From NCBI RefSeq assembly GCF_049581465.1, contig NZ_JBAUSA010000126.1:1-47374 (forward strand): a DNA stretch of 47,374 nt. Direction: 5' to 3'. The translations under genes were made by a program, and so were the position numbers. Positions within the stretch are counted from its first letter, which is position 1. Each line of letters starts with the position of its first letter. This document shows, piece after piece, positions 1-9,200 of this stretch. The notes beneath the pieces were generated by a model. The model was not told the DNA's origin. It did no database searches and saw only the letters and a program-made list of their open reading frames with translations. This DNA comes from Caballeronia sp. (GTDB lineage: Bacteria > Pseudomonadota > Gammaproteobacteria > Burkholderiales > Burkholderiaceae).

Positions 1-208
1 GCGGTTTGAACGCGTTTCTTTGCTTCGTTTCTTTGCGCGTTTGCAAAGAAATGAAGTCCCGCCCCGGATAGGGGCTAACAGTAATAAGCAAGAAAATCCG
101 ACTTAAGCAGAACGACCACGCGAGCAGGAGGACTCAATCCTAGCCCGACACTCGCCGCGAGCAGCACCCCATCCACCCAAGCCCCACACTCGCCGCGAGC
201 AGCACCCC
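1..208. repeat. Dispersed structured intergenic repeat, copy A (truncated by window edge)
   Basis: 1-97 identical to 39001-39097 and similar through ~208. Core hairpin CTTCGTTTCTTTGC/GCAAAGAAATGAAG (23-56), GCCCC-GGATA-GGGGC hairpin (61-75), two copies of ACACTCGCCGCGAGCAGCACCCC at the distal end. Confidence 0.95.
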
Positions 209-211
209 TCC

Positions 212-1501
212 TCACCTAACAAACGCCACAACCCGCTCCCCAACGCCCAGCGCAGCGTCCCCTCGCGCAACCTCGCCAACCCGGCCTATATACCACTCGC
301 AGAACTTCTCCACTAAACCTTCCGTGAACGGCGAATACGGCCCCGGTTCATACGCACTACTCGACACGCCCAGTTGCGAATACTCCACCAGCGTACGATC
401 CTGGTCGTTCGTCGCACGCCAGACCGCCGTGAGATTGTCGACATCGTAATCAATGCCTTCCTGCGCATCCTTGTGAACCAGCCATTTGGTGCGCACCAGC
501 GTCTCGCCCGCCGACAACGGAATCACCGAGAAGCTCACAATGTGATCGCTCATGAAGTGATGCCACGAGTTCGGCTGCGTCCAGAACGAAAGACCACCCA
601 GATCGGCCTGCTGGAATCCACCCAGTAATTTCTTCGACGCCACCTTGGCGTCCATCGTTTGCGACTCGCCGCTACGATCCAGCGGCAAGCGCTGCGTGCG
701 AAAACCGCTAACGAGATCGGACAGGTGATCGATTTCCGCCGACGGCAGGTTCATCGCTTCCCATTGCTTCGTACGCTCGGCAACGGTCCGCTCAAAAGCA
801 GCCATCGCCTCCTCGTTATCGGCGGAACGCTGGTAACCAAAACCATATTCGTACAGCGAGATCGTCAATTCAGGATGGTTCGCGACGCAGTGATAGCACT
901 CGCGGTTGTTCTCCATCGTGAGCTTCCAGTTGCCCTTCTCGAAGATATCGATCGATGCCGCTACCTTGCAGTCCGCCAAACCATGCGGCAAGAGGTACGG
1001 TTCCATCTTCTCGCGCAGGACCGCGAAATCGGCCGGCGGATTCTCGGCGAGACAAACGAAGATCAGACCCGCTAGATTCTCGACATGAACCTTCTTTAAG
1101 CTGTGCTTGCACTTGTCAAACTGCTCGCCCATATGTTCGGCAAACATCAAATCGCCGTTCAGGTTGTACGTCCAGCTGTGATACGGACAGACAATATTGC
1201 CGAGCGAGCCCTTCTCCTCGTTGCAAAGACGCGAACCGCGATGACGGCAGACGTTATGGAACGCGCGAACCTGCATGTCGTCGTCGCGCACGATCAGGAT
1301 GGAATCGTCGCCGAGTTCCACCGTGATGTAGTCGCCCGGTTCCGGCACGTCCGGCTCGACCGCGACCTGAATCCAGTGCCGCCTGAAGATCGCCTCCATA
1401 TCGAGCGCGTGAATTTCTTCGCTCGTATAAAACGGAGCTTCCAGCGTATGGCCCTTCTTGCGGCGCTCGATCATTGCGCGAACGTCTGCCGAAACTTTCA
1501 T
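212..1501 (-). CDS. gbcA: Rieske non-heme iron oxygenase alpha subunit, glycine betaine monooxygenase/demethylase
   Basis: Rieske CRH...CPYH motif, mononuclear Fe motif ENNRECYHCVANHPE, GGAG RBS, located in a betaine catabolic cluster. Confidence 0.88.
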   Translation of the reverse strand: MKVSADVRAMIERRKKGHTLEAPFYTSEEIHALDMEAIFRRHWIQVAVEPDVPEPGDYITVELGDDSILIVRDDDMQVRAFHNVCRHRGSRLCNEEKGSLGNIVCPYHSWTYNLNGDLMFAEHMGEQFDKCKHSLKKVHVENLAGLIFVCLAENPPADFAVLREKMEPYLLPHGLADCKVAASIDIFEKGNWKLTMENNRECYHCVANHPELTISLYEYGFGYQRSADNEEAMAAFERTVAERTKQWEAMNLPSAEIDHLSDLVSGFRTQRLPLDRSGESQTMDAKVASKKLLGGFQQADLGGLSFWTQPNSWHHFMSDHIVSFSVIPLSAGETLVRTKWLVHKDAQEGIDYDVDNLTAVWRATNDQDRTLVEYSQLGVSSSAYEPGPYSPFTEGLVEKFCEWYIGRVGEVARGDAALGVGERVVAFVR

Positions 1502-1564
1502 CGTGTGCTCCGAGTCATGGTGCCCGCCCGACCTTATTCAAGCGGGTTAAATTGCGATCGAAAA

Positions 1565-2359
1565 TCAGTAATCCACGAGTTGATGCTCGCGCAAATACGC
1601 CAGGATCACTTGTGCTTTTTCGACTGAAGTCCCTTCAATTACGACGCTTCCACCCCGGCTTTCCGTGGCGGTGGCAGAAAGCATGCGTGCGTGTCCCGAG
1701 CGCTTCTCCGCAGCCGCAAGGCGCACGGGTTTTGCGGTCGCGGGCTTGATCGACCATGCGGCGCGATCCGAGAAACTCAGCGTGCCTACCGCGACGGGGT
1801 CGACCGCGCCCGCACGAAGCTTCGCGTAGGCATAACGCGGTGTGGCGTTTGCCATCGGATGCACGGCGATAAGCGCGGGCAAACCAGCCCGTACGCGACG
1901 GCGCAATCCTTTTGGAAGGAACTGCCTGACGACGACGTTCCCGCCCTCAACATCGATATCGACGGCCGAGCCGAGCAGCGGCAACTCCATTGCGTCGGCG
2001 AGCTGGTACGGCAGCATGCCGCTATCATCCGTGCCTTCCGCACGGGTGCCGGTCAGCACGAGGTCGTAGCCTTGCAGTCGCGCGCTCAGCAAAGGGGCAA
2101 TCTCAATGCCCGCTTCTACGGTCAGCACTTCAACTTTGGCCGCGCCCAACGCGAGATAGTCGCGCAGCGCCGGATTCGCGGGGTCGCCTGCGTGCAGCAC
2201 ATCTAACGTAGCCTGATGGCGCTTGGCGAGATCGAGCGCCAGCGTCAGCGCGGCGGCGTCGTTGCGGCTATAGCGAGCGGTGCCACTCACCGGATGACGG
2301 CCCACGGAAACGAGCACGACGATTTTGCGCAAGCGGCGCGTGGTCGATACGGTGTTCAA
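1565..2359 (-). CDS. etfB: Electron transfer flavoprotein beta subunit (FixA-like)
   Basis: ETF-beta-like segments (YLALGA, DLVLTGTRAEGTDDSG, PRYA), adjacent to ETF alpha. Start moved to TTG at 2359 behind GGAG. Confidence 0.8.
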   Translation of the reverse strand: MNTVSTTRRLRKIVVLVSVGRHPVSGTARYSRNDAAALTLALDLAKRHQATLDVLHAGDPANPALRDYLALGAAKVEVLTVEAGIEIAPLLSARLQGYDLVLTGTRAEGTDDSGMLPYQLADAMELPLLGSAVDIDVEGGNVVVRQFLPKGLRRRVRAGLPALIAVHPMANATPRYAYAKLRAGAVDPVAVGTLSFSDRAAWSIKPATAKPVRLAAAEKRSGHARMLSATATESRGGSVVIEGTSVEKAQVILAYLREHQLVDY

Positions 2360-2390
2360 TTGAACGCTCCTGTTGCACGCTGGGTCGATG

Positions 2391-3587
2391 TCATGCGAGC
2401 GCACCTTCAAGTTTCCCCGAGCCTGGCGCACTCGCCACGGGAGGCAAGGTGGAAGGATTGGCACGCGCGTTGCGCGCCTTGGCCGCAGCGTCGGTCAAGG
2501 CGGCAATCGTCTCAGCCGCGTCGCCGACGATGGTCAAATTCGCGCGCTTCGCGATGGGCGCGCTGGCATCGAGGTTCACCGCGATCACGTGCCGGCAATC
2601 CTTGATGCCCTGCAAGTGCTGCACCGCGCCCGAGATGCCAAACGCGATGTAGATACTCGCGTCCACGGTCTTGCCTGTCGCGCCGATCTGCTTGTCGCGG
2701 GGAAACTTGCCGTCGTCGACTGCCACCCGGCTCGCACCGATCGCCGCGCCCACGGTGCTGGCGAGACGCTCGAATGCGGGTACATCGGTCACGCCATTAC
2801 CCGCCGAGACGATAAAGTCGGCCTCTTCAAGCGCAACCTGCGCTGCATCGATTTCCTCGATACCCAGATCTTCGTGGCGCTGTCGAACCGCATTGCCTTC
2901 ACTCTTGAACTGCGTCGCGTCAACCCTCTCGCCTGCGCCGACGAACGGCAATCGCGCGTCAACCGCATTGGCGGCTAGCAAAATCACTTCTGGCAGCGAA
3001 CGCACAGCGAACGCCTTGCGCGCTTGCGTATAGATCGACACGTGGTTTGCGCTGATCTCGACCACCTGCGTCGCCACCGATGCCTTCGCCTGCGCCGCGT
3101 ATCGACGACCCAGGTCGCCGTCGCCGGTCGAATTATCGGGAATGAAAACATGCGCGGGCGAGTAACTCGCGACGCACGCCGCGAGCGCATCGAGCGCTAC
3201 ATCCGGCGTGAACGCACGGCGGTCGAACGACGGCATCTCGATCAGCTTGTCGGCCCCGAGCGCGGCGGCATCGTCCTTGAACTCGCCGAACACGAGCAGC
3301 GCGACCTGCGTCGTCGCATCTGCTATCAGCGCGGCGGCTGCGAGTGTCTGGCGCGCGTGGTCATCCAGCGAGCCTCGATCGCTGTGCGCGGCTACAAGCA
3401 ATGAACGTTGCGCGGCGGCCATTGTGCGGCGCGGCTTCACCTGTTCGCGATGGCCGCCGAGAGCCCCAAGATTGGGCGCCGCGGCCGTGCCGAGTTCGGC
3501 CAGCGTGATGCGCTTGAGCCCTTCTGCCGTGACGGAAAACGGTCGGCGCGGGTCGATACGCTTGATGCTATGCATTGTTGTGTGCAT
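2391..3587 (-). CDS. etfA: Electron transfer flavoprotein alpha subunit (FixB-like)
   Basis: FAD-binding motifs SAGNGV, GASRVAVDDG, QIGATGKTV, GISGAVQHLQG. Confidence 0.92.
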   Translation of the reverse strand: MHTTMHSIKRIDPRRPFSVTAEGLKRITLAELGTAAAPNLGALGGHREQVKPRRTMAAAQRSLLVAAHSDRGSLDDHARQTLAAAALIADATTQVALLVFGEFKDDAAALGADKLIEMPSFDRRAFTPDVALDALAACVASYSPAHVFIPDNSTGDGDLGRRYAAQAKASVATQVVEISANHVSIYTQARKAFAVRSLPEVILLAANAVDARLPFVGAGERVDATQFKSEGNAVRQRHEDLGIEEIDAAQVALEEADFIVSAGNGVTDVPAFERLASTVGAAIGASRVAVDDGKFPRDKQIGATGKTVDASIYIAFGISGAVQHLQGIKDCRHVIAVNLDASAPIAKRANLTIVGDAAETIAALTDAAAKARNARANPSTLPPVASAPGSGKLEGALA

Positions 3588-3590
3588 TCC

Positions 3591-5510
3591 TTACTCCAGC
3601 GCCGCAGCAACGAGCTCGGCCACGTCGAGTACTTCCGGCCGAGGCCCGACGACGCCTTCCAGCATCGCCGTGCAATTCGGGCATCCCACGGCGACGATCT
3701 CTGCATTGATCGCGCGTGCGTCGTTGATGCGAATGTCGGGAATACGCTGCTTACCCGGGATGTCGGTAAGCGGCGCACCGCCACCACCCCCGCAACAACG
3801 CCCGCGCATGCCGTTGCGTTCCATCTCGACCACCTTGATGCCGATCGACTTCAGCAAAGTACGCGGCGCTTGCGTTTCACCGTTATATCGGCCGAGATAG
3901 CACGGGTCGTGATAAGTAACGGTCTTGCCGGCCGTGAGCGCAGCTTCAGCTTTCGGCGAGAGTCTGCCGCTCGCGACGAGTTCTGCGATCAGCGAGGTGT
4001 GATGCTGGACCTCGTAGAATCCGCCCAGCGCGCGATATTCGTTGCGCAAGCTATGCAGCACATGCGGATCGGCGGTAACGATCTTCTTGAACGAATACTG
4101 TGACAGGGTCGCGATCAATTGCTTCGCAAGTTGCTGGAAGGTGGCTTCATCGCCCAGACGACGCGCCGTGTCGCCAGTATCGGTTTCCACGCCACCGAGC
4201 ACCGCATAGTCGACGCCCGCCTTGTTCAACACTTTCACGAGCGCACGCAGCGAGCGCTGGTAACGCATGTCGAACGCGCCCTCGCCTGCTATCAGCAATA
4301 TGTCCACGGTGCGGCCCGGCTGCGCCACCTGTACTTGCAGATCGACCGCCCAATCGTAACGCGCACCGATGTCAAAGCCGTTCGCGCTGCCCGTCTCGCG
4401 CAGGTTGGCGAGGGTCTCCGGGCCCTTGCCCGGCACGATGCCTTCGACCAGCGTCTGGTTGCGTCGCATGTCGACAATGGCGTCTACATGCTCGATCAGC
4501 ATCGGGCACTCTTGAACGCATGCGCGGCAGGTCGTGCAGGACCATAGCGTGTCGGCTTCAATCAATGCCGACACGATCGGCTTGGCCGGTGCGCCAGAAT
4601 GCTTGCCCACCGAAATGCCAGGGGTCGGGCTGCCTGCATACTCTGCGTCCGTTCCGCCGACCATCCCCGTCACCAGATCCTGGATCAGCTTCTTCGGGTT
4701 CAGCGGCTGTCCCGCGGCGAACGCCGGACACGCAGCCTCGCACTTGCCGCATTGCACGCAGGCATCGAAACTCAGCAACTGGTTCCAGCGAAACTCGACG
4801 GGCTTGCCGACGCCATATTCCTTCGCGTCGAGTACGGGCATCTTGAGCGCGGTCGGCGGCACCACGTCGTGCTCATGACTGCGTCCGCTGAAACGTTCCT
4901 GACGCGGATGAAACGCGAGATGAAGCAAGCCCGCGAGCGCGTGTTTCATCGGGCCGCCACGTGCGGCGCCGAAGGTCATCGTGAACGCGCCGGCCGCGAT
5001 CAGTACTGCAACAATGATCGCAAACGCACCCGACATCGCTTTCGCCGGCAACACGATGAACAATACGAGGCCCAGCGCGAAAGAACCGAGGAGCATCGGT
5101 AAGCTGTCCCAAGGCCCACGCGAAAGCCGCGCCGGCACCGCTTTCGCACCGTGCCGCCGACGCCATACGAACACGGCGCCGACCAGCATCACGATCGCTG
5201 CCAGGAAGATCAGCTTGTCGAGCCACGGCGAATAGATCGCGAGTCCGTAGTTCAGGAACACGAGTCCCATTGCGGCGATCGCGCCACCCGCCGTCGCAAC
5301 GTGCGTCTTCGCGATGTACGGGTCGCGTGCGACCACGTGATGCAGATCGACGAAGTATCGCTTCGGGATGCTCAGGAGGTTGCCCCAACCGTATGCACCG
5401 GCCGCCGTCGCACGGCCTTCGCGCCAGTACGATGAGCGCTTGAACACCGCGAACACAAGACCCGCCACCGACAACCACAACAACGCGGTAATCACGAATA
5501 CCGGGCTCAT
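3591..5510 (-). CDS. dgcB: Membrane Fe-S oxidoreductase, dimethylglycine catabolism protein B
   Basis: N-terminal TM helices, two 4Fe-4S motifs (CVQCGKCEAACP, CTTCRACVQECP), CCG domain (YHDPC, RCCGGGG), directly downstream of dgcA. Confidence 0.88.
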   Translation of the reverse strand: MSPVFVITALLWLSVAGLVFAVFKRSSYWREGRATAAGAYGWGNLLSIPKRYFVDLHHVVARDPYIAKTHVATAGGAIAAMGLVFLNYGLAIYSPWLDKLIFLAAIVMLVGAVFVWRRRHGAKAVPARLSRGPWDSLPMLLGSFALGLVLFIVLPAKAMSGAFAIIVAVLIAAGAFTMTFGAARGGPMKHALAGLLHLAFHPRQERFSGRSHEHDVVPPTALKMPVLDAKEYGVGKPVEFRWNQLLSFDACVQCGKCEAACPAFAAGQPLNPKKLIQDLVTGMVGGTDAEYAGSPTPGISVGKHSGAPAKPIVSALIEADTLWSCTTCRACVQECPMLIEHVDAIVDMRRNQTLVEGIVPGKGPETLANLRETGSANGFDIGARYDWAVDLQVQVAQPGRTVDILLIAGEGAFDMRYQRSLRALVKVLNKAGVDYAVLGGVETDTGDTARRLGDEATFQQLAKQLIATLSQYSFKKIVTADPHVLHSLRNEYRALGGFYEVQHHTSLIAELVASGRLSPKAEAALTAGKTVTYHDPCYLGRYNGETQAPRTLLKSIGIKVVEMERNGMRGRCCGGGGGAPLTDIPGKQRIPDIRINDARAINAEIVAVGCPNCTAMLEGVVGPRPEVLDVAELVAAALE

Positions 5511-5512
5511 TG

Positions 5513-7576
5513 TCAGAAGTCCTTTACAAGACGCAGCGCGTCGTAGATCGCGCCGTGAATGTTATGCATGGAGATGCAGTCACCAACGCGGAACAGCAGG
5601 AAGCGCCCGTTGCCCAGTTCGTCGCTCAAGGACGGTTGCGGTTCAGAAGCGAACAGCTTGTGCACGTCGATCTGTCCGCGATTGAGCGACTCGGGCTTGA
5701 GCTTCCAGTAGAGCTCGTCATTGGGCGTGATGCCATTCTCGATCACGACCTGATCGACCGCGCGCTCTTCCTGCTCCTCGGTGTACTCGTTGCGAATCAC
5801 GGCGATCTTCTTGCCGTTTTCCTCGTACACCTTGTCGAGCCAGTAGTTCGGCGTGGAGATCACGCCCTGCGCGTAGAGACGACGGTAAAAGATCGGGAAC
5901 GTAGTACCGCCCACGTCGTCGGAGACCTTCACGTCTGGCGTGACGATCTCGACGTTCGCACCCCGGCTCGCGATGAAATCCGCTACACCGGCGCCCGCGT
6001 GCATGCTGACGCCGTCGTAGACCAGCACGTTCTTGCCCGGTTCTACCTTGCCCGACAGAATGTCCCACGAACTCACGGCGAGACCTTCTTCCACGCCCCA
6101 CTCTGGCACCTGCTGCGTGAACGATGACCCGCCGGTTGCGAGCACGACAATGTCGGGCTTCTCGGCCATGATCATCTTTTCGTCCGCGGAAACCCCCAGT
6201 CTGCGATTCACGCCAAGGCGCTTCGTTTCCATATCGAACCAGCGCACGATGCCCGCCATCTGCTCGCGCTGCGGCGCTTTCGCGGCCAGCATGATCTGCC
6301 CACCCACATAGTCGTTCTTCTCGAACAGCACGACGTCGTGACCGCGCGACCTTGCAACACGCGCGGCTTCCAATCCCGCCGGTCCAGCGCCGACAACGAC
6401 GACCTTTCGCTTAGGGCCCTTCGATTTTTCAATCACGTGCGGCATGGTCGCTTCACGCGATGTCGCCGCGTTCTGCACGCACAGCACATCCAGGCCGAGA
6501 TACTGCCGGTCGATGCAATAGTTCGCGCCCACGCATTGCTTGATCTCATCTTCGCGGCCATCGCGAATCTTGATGACCATGTGAGGATCGGCGATCTGCG
6601 CGCGCGTCATGCCCACCAAGTCGATCATGCCGCTTTCGAGCAAGCGCTCGGCCTGCCCGGCATCGCGAATGCTCTGTGCATGCATGATGGGCAGCTTCAC
6701 CACCGACTTGATGCCTGCGGCAAGATGCACGAATGGTTCAGGCGGCAGGGCCATCGGCGGCATGCAGTTCGCCAGCGTGTTATGCGTGTCCGCACCGGAG
6801 CCGATCACGCCGATGTAATCGATCATTCCGGTCTCGGCCATCGACTGCGCAATCTCCTTGAGCTGCGCATGATCGAGGCCGTCTTCGTGAAATTCATCCC
6901 CGCACATGCGCAGGCCGACGCAGAAGTCCGCGCCCACCGCTTCACGCACAGCATGGAGAACTTCGTTACCGAAACGAAGGCGGTTCTCAAGCGAGCCGCC
7001 CCATTCGTCGGTACGAAAATTGGTGCGCGGGCTCCAGAACTGGTCGATCAGGTGCTGATGTGCCGCCGAGATTTCGATGCCGTCCAAGCCGGCATCTTTC
7101 ACACGTTTCGCCGCCGCGCCAAAGTCGGAAATGATCCGCTTGATTTCCTCGACTTCAATGATCTTCGCATTGCCGCGATGCACCGGCTCGCGTACACCGG
7201 AAGGCGACATCAAGTGAGGCCAGTGCTCGCCGTGATACGCGGTTCGACGGCCCATGTGAGTCGCCTGGATCATGATCTTCGCGCCGTGCCGATGCATCGC
7301 TTCGGCGAGTCGCGAGAGAGGATCGACAACCTTGTCGGTTGCGAGGTTGACCGATTTCCACCAGCCTTGCGGACTATCGATCGATACCGGGCTCGAGCCC
7401 CCACATACGGCGAGGCCCACGCCGCCCTTGGCCTTCTCTTCGTAGTAACGGATATACCGGTCGCCTGGGAGGCCGCCTGGCTCCGCGTACACCTCCGCAT
7501 GCGCGGTGCTGACAATGCGATTGCGCAGGGTCAGCTTGTTCAGCGTAAGAGGCTTGAAAAGATTGGGGTAACGCAT
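5513..7576 (-). CDS. dgcA: OYE-family NADH:flavin oxidoreductase, dimethylglycine catabolism protein A
   Basis: LRNRIVSTAH start, TNFRTDEWGGSLENRLRF, Fe-S CVGANYC, GAGPAGLEAA dinucleotide fold. Confidence 0.9.
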   Translation of the reverse strand: MRYPNLFKPLTLNKLTLRNRIVSTAHAEVYAEPGGLPGDRYIRYYEEKAKGGVGLAVCGGSSPVSIDSPQGWWKSVNLATDKVVDPLSRLAEAMHRHGAKIMIQATHMGRRTAYHGEHWPHLMSPSGVREPVHRGNAKIIEVEEIKRIISDFGAAAKRVKDAGLDGIEISAAHQHLIDQFWSPRTNFRTDEWGGSLENRLRFGNEVLHAVREAVGADFCVGLRMCGDEFHEDGLDHAQLKEIAQSMAETGMIDYIGVIGSGADTHNTLANCMPPMALPPEPFVHLAAGIKSVVKLPIMHAQSIRDAGQAERLLESGMIDLVGMTRAQIADPHMVIKIRDGREDEIKQCVGANYCIDRQYLGLDVLCVQNAATSREATMPHVIEKSKGPKRKVVVVGAGPAGLEAARVARSRGHDVVLFEKNDYVGGQIMLAAKAPQREQMAGIVRWFDMETKRLGVNRRLGVSADEKMIMAEKPDIVVLATGGSSFTQQVPEWGVEEGLAVSSWDILSGKVEPGKNVLVYDGVSMHAGAGVADFIASRGANVEIVTPDVKVSDDVGGTTFPIFYRRLYAQGVISTPNYWLDKVYEENGKKIAVIRNEYTEEQEERAVDQVVIENGITPNDELYWKLKPESLNRGQIDVHKLFASEPQPSLSDELGNGRFLLFRVGDCISMHNIHGAIYDALRLVKDF

Positions 7577-7626
7577 CGCGGTCGACCTCGGTATTTATCT
7601 GCTTTACTACGCGTCTTGTGGAGTGC

Positions 7627-8163
7627 TCAAGCTGCCAGCGGGGACACTTCGAAGACGCAGTGGGAATGGCCCTCGGCCGCGCATTGCGTTTCTACCGAGA
7701 ACGACTTCGTACCTTTCTTCGTGCCTTCGGGCGCCGTGTCGTTGACCCAGTCCATCGCACCGGAGAACCAGCCGGCGAACATGTAGCAGAGCTTATCTTC
7801 CCTGCCCGGCTGGGCGAGGACGAACGATGAGTTGTGCAGATGTACGCGCGCACGCGATGTCGACGGGTCGCTTTCCACGATCGTGAATAGCCCCCACCCG
7901 CGCTGTGACAGCCGCTTCAGATAGTGTTCGAATACCGCCATGCCGCTGATTCCATGCTGCTTCGCTTCCTTGTCGCACCAGTGGTAGGCGGACTTGTGGC
8001 CCGCCTTGTAGAGGCTTTCGGCATACACTTCGCGACCCAGCGCTTCTTCAACGGCAATGTGGTTGTTGGTAAAGAAGTGGCGGGGGACGTACAGCATCGG
8101 CAGTGAATCGGTGGTCCAGACGCCGGTTACCGGATCGACATCAATGGGCAGTTGCGGTTGCAT
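7627..8163 (-). CDS. V4R (4-vinyl reductase) domain small-molecule-binding protein
   Basis: V4R signature CYMFAGW...ETQCAAEGHSHCVFEV. Start moved to ATG 8163 (MQPQLP) behind AAGGA. Confidence 0.8.
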   Translation of the reverse strand: MQPQLPIDVDPVTGVWTTDSLPMLYVPRHFFTNNHIAVEEALGREVYAESLYKAGHKSAYHWCDKEAKQHGISGMAVFEHYLKRLSQRGWGLFTIVESDPSTSRARVHLHNSSFVLAQPGREDKLCYMFAGWFSGAMDWVNDTAPEGTKKGTKSFSVETQCAAEGHSHCVFEVSPLAA

Positions 8164-8197
8164 CGTGGAGATTCCTTGGTTTGTATTGGGTCGCAGG

Positions 8198-9169
8198 TTA
8201 GACGTTCCAGACGCTGTCGAAGACACGGACCCAGTTCTCGCCCATCACCTTCTTGATACGCGACTCGCTCCATCCGGCACGCTCCATGGCGGCCGTCAGG
8301 TTCGGGAATTCGCCAATCGTTCGGATACCTTCTGGATTCACCACCTTGCCGAAGTTCGTCAGTTGACGATAGCGGCCCTTGTCGTGCGTGATCCAGTCGA
8401 AGAATTCCGTGCTGTACCCTTGCGTGAAGTCCGTGCCGATACCCACGTTGTCTTCGCCGATCAGGTCGACCACGTATTCGATCGCTTCAAGATAATCCTC
8501 GACCGTTGCGTCGGCTCCGCGCTTGAGAAACGGCGCAAACATCGTCACGCCAACAAAGCCGCCGGCGTCGGCAATCTCTTTCAGTTGTTCGTCCGATTTG
8601 TTGCGCGGATGTTCTTTCAGGCCCGACGGGCAGCAATGCGAGTAGCACACCGGCTTGCTCGACGCTGCGATGGCCTCAGACGAGGTCTTTCCGCCCACGT
8701 GTGACAAGTCGACCATGATCCCGACACGATTCATCTCTTGAATCACTTCGCGGCCGAAGCCCGACAGCCCCCCGTCGCGTTCGTAGCACCCCGTGCCGAC
8801 CAGGTTCTGCGTGTTGTAGCAGAGCTGGACCACGTTCACGCCGAGTTGCTTGAAGGTCTCGATATAGCCGAGGTTGTCCTCGAATGCATGCGCGTTCTGG
8901 AAGCCAAAAATAATGCCGGTCTTGTTCTCTTGCTTCGCGCGGCGAATGTCGTCGGTCGTGCGTACCAGCGTAAGAATGTCGCTATGTTCGCGGATCTGCT
9001 GGCGCATCCCGGCGATGTTGTCGACGGTCTTCTGGAAGCTCTCCCAGACGGAAACCGTGCAGTTCACCGCGGTCACGCCGCCCTTTCTCATGTCCTCGAA
9101 GACCGACGGCTCGAACTTTGAAATGTTCAGGCCGTCGATGATGATGCTGGTGTCGTGCAAAGTGCTCAT
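8198..9169 (-). CDS. Membrane dipeptidase (M19)-like amidohydrolase, degenerate metal site
   Basis: DGGLSGFGREVIQEMNRVGIMVDLSH, YSH, HPRNKSDEQL and VGIGTDF motifs. Start moved to ATG 9169 behind GGAG. Confidence 0.85.
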   Translation of the reverse strand: MSTLHDTSIIIDGLNISKFEPSVFEDMRKGGVTAVNCTVSVWESFQKTVDNIAGMRQQIREHSDILTLVRTTDDIRRAKQENKTGIIFGFQNAHAFEDNLGYIETFKQLGVNVVQLCYNTQNLVGTGCYERDGGLSGFGREVIQEMNRVGIMVDLSHVGGKTSSEAIAASSKPVCYSHCCPSGLKEHPRNKSDEQLKEIADAGGFVGVTMFAPFLKRGADATVEDYLEAIEYVVDLIGEDNVGIGTDFTQGYSTEFFDWITHDKGRYRQLTNFGKVVNPEGIRTIGEFPNLTAAMERAGWSESRIKKVMGENWVRVFDSVWNV

Positions 9170-9200
9170 CTCGTGCTCCACGAAAATTGAAAGGGCGTGA

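Noticed and set aside
146..208. Tandem ~24-bp sub-repeats as a possible CRISPR array
   Set aside because: Only two units per site, spacers too short and variable, no cas genes
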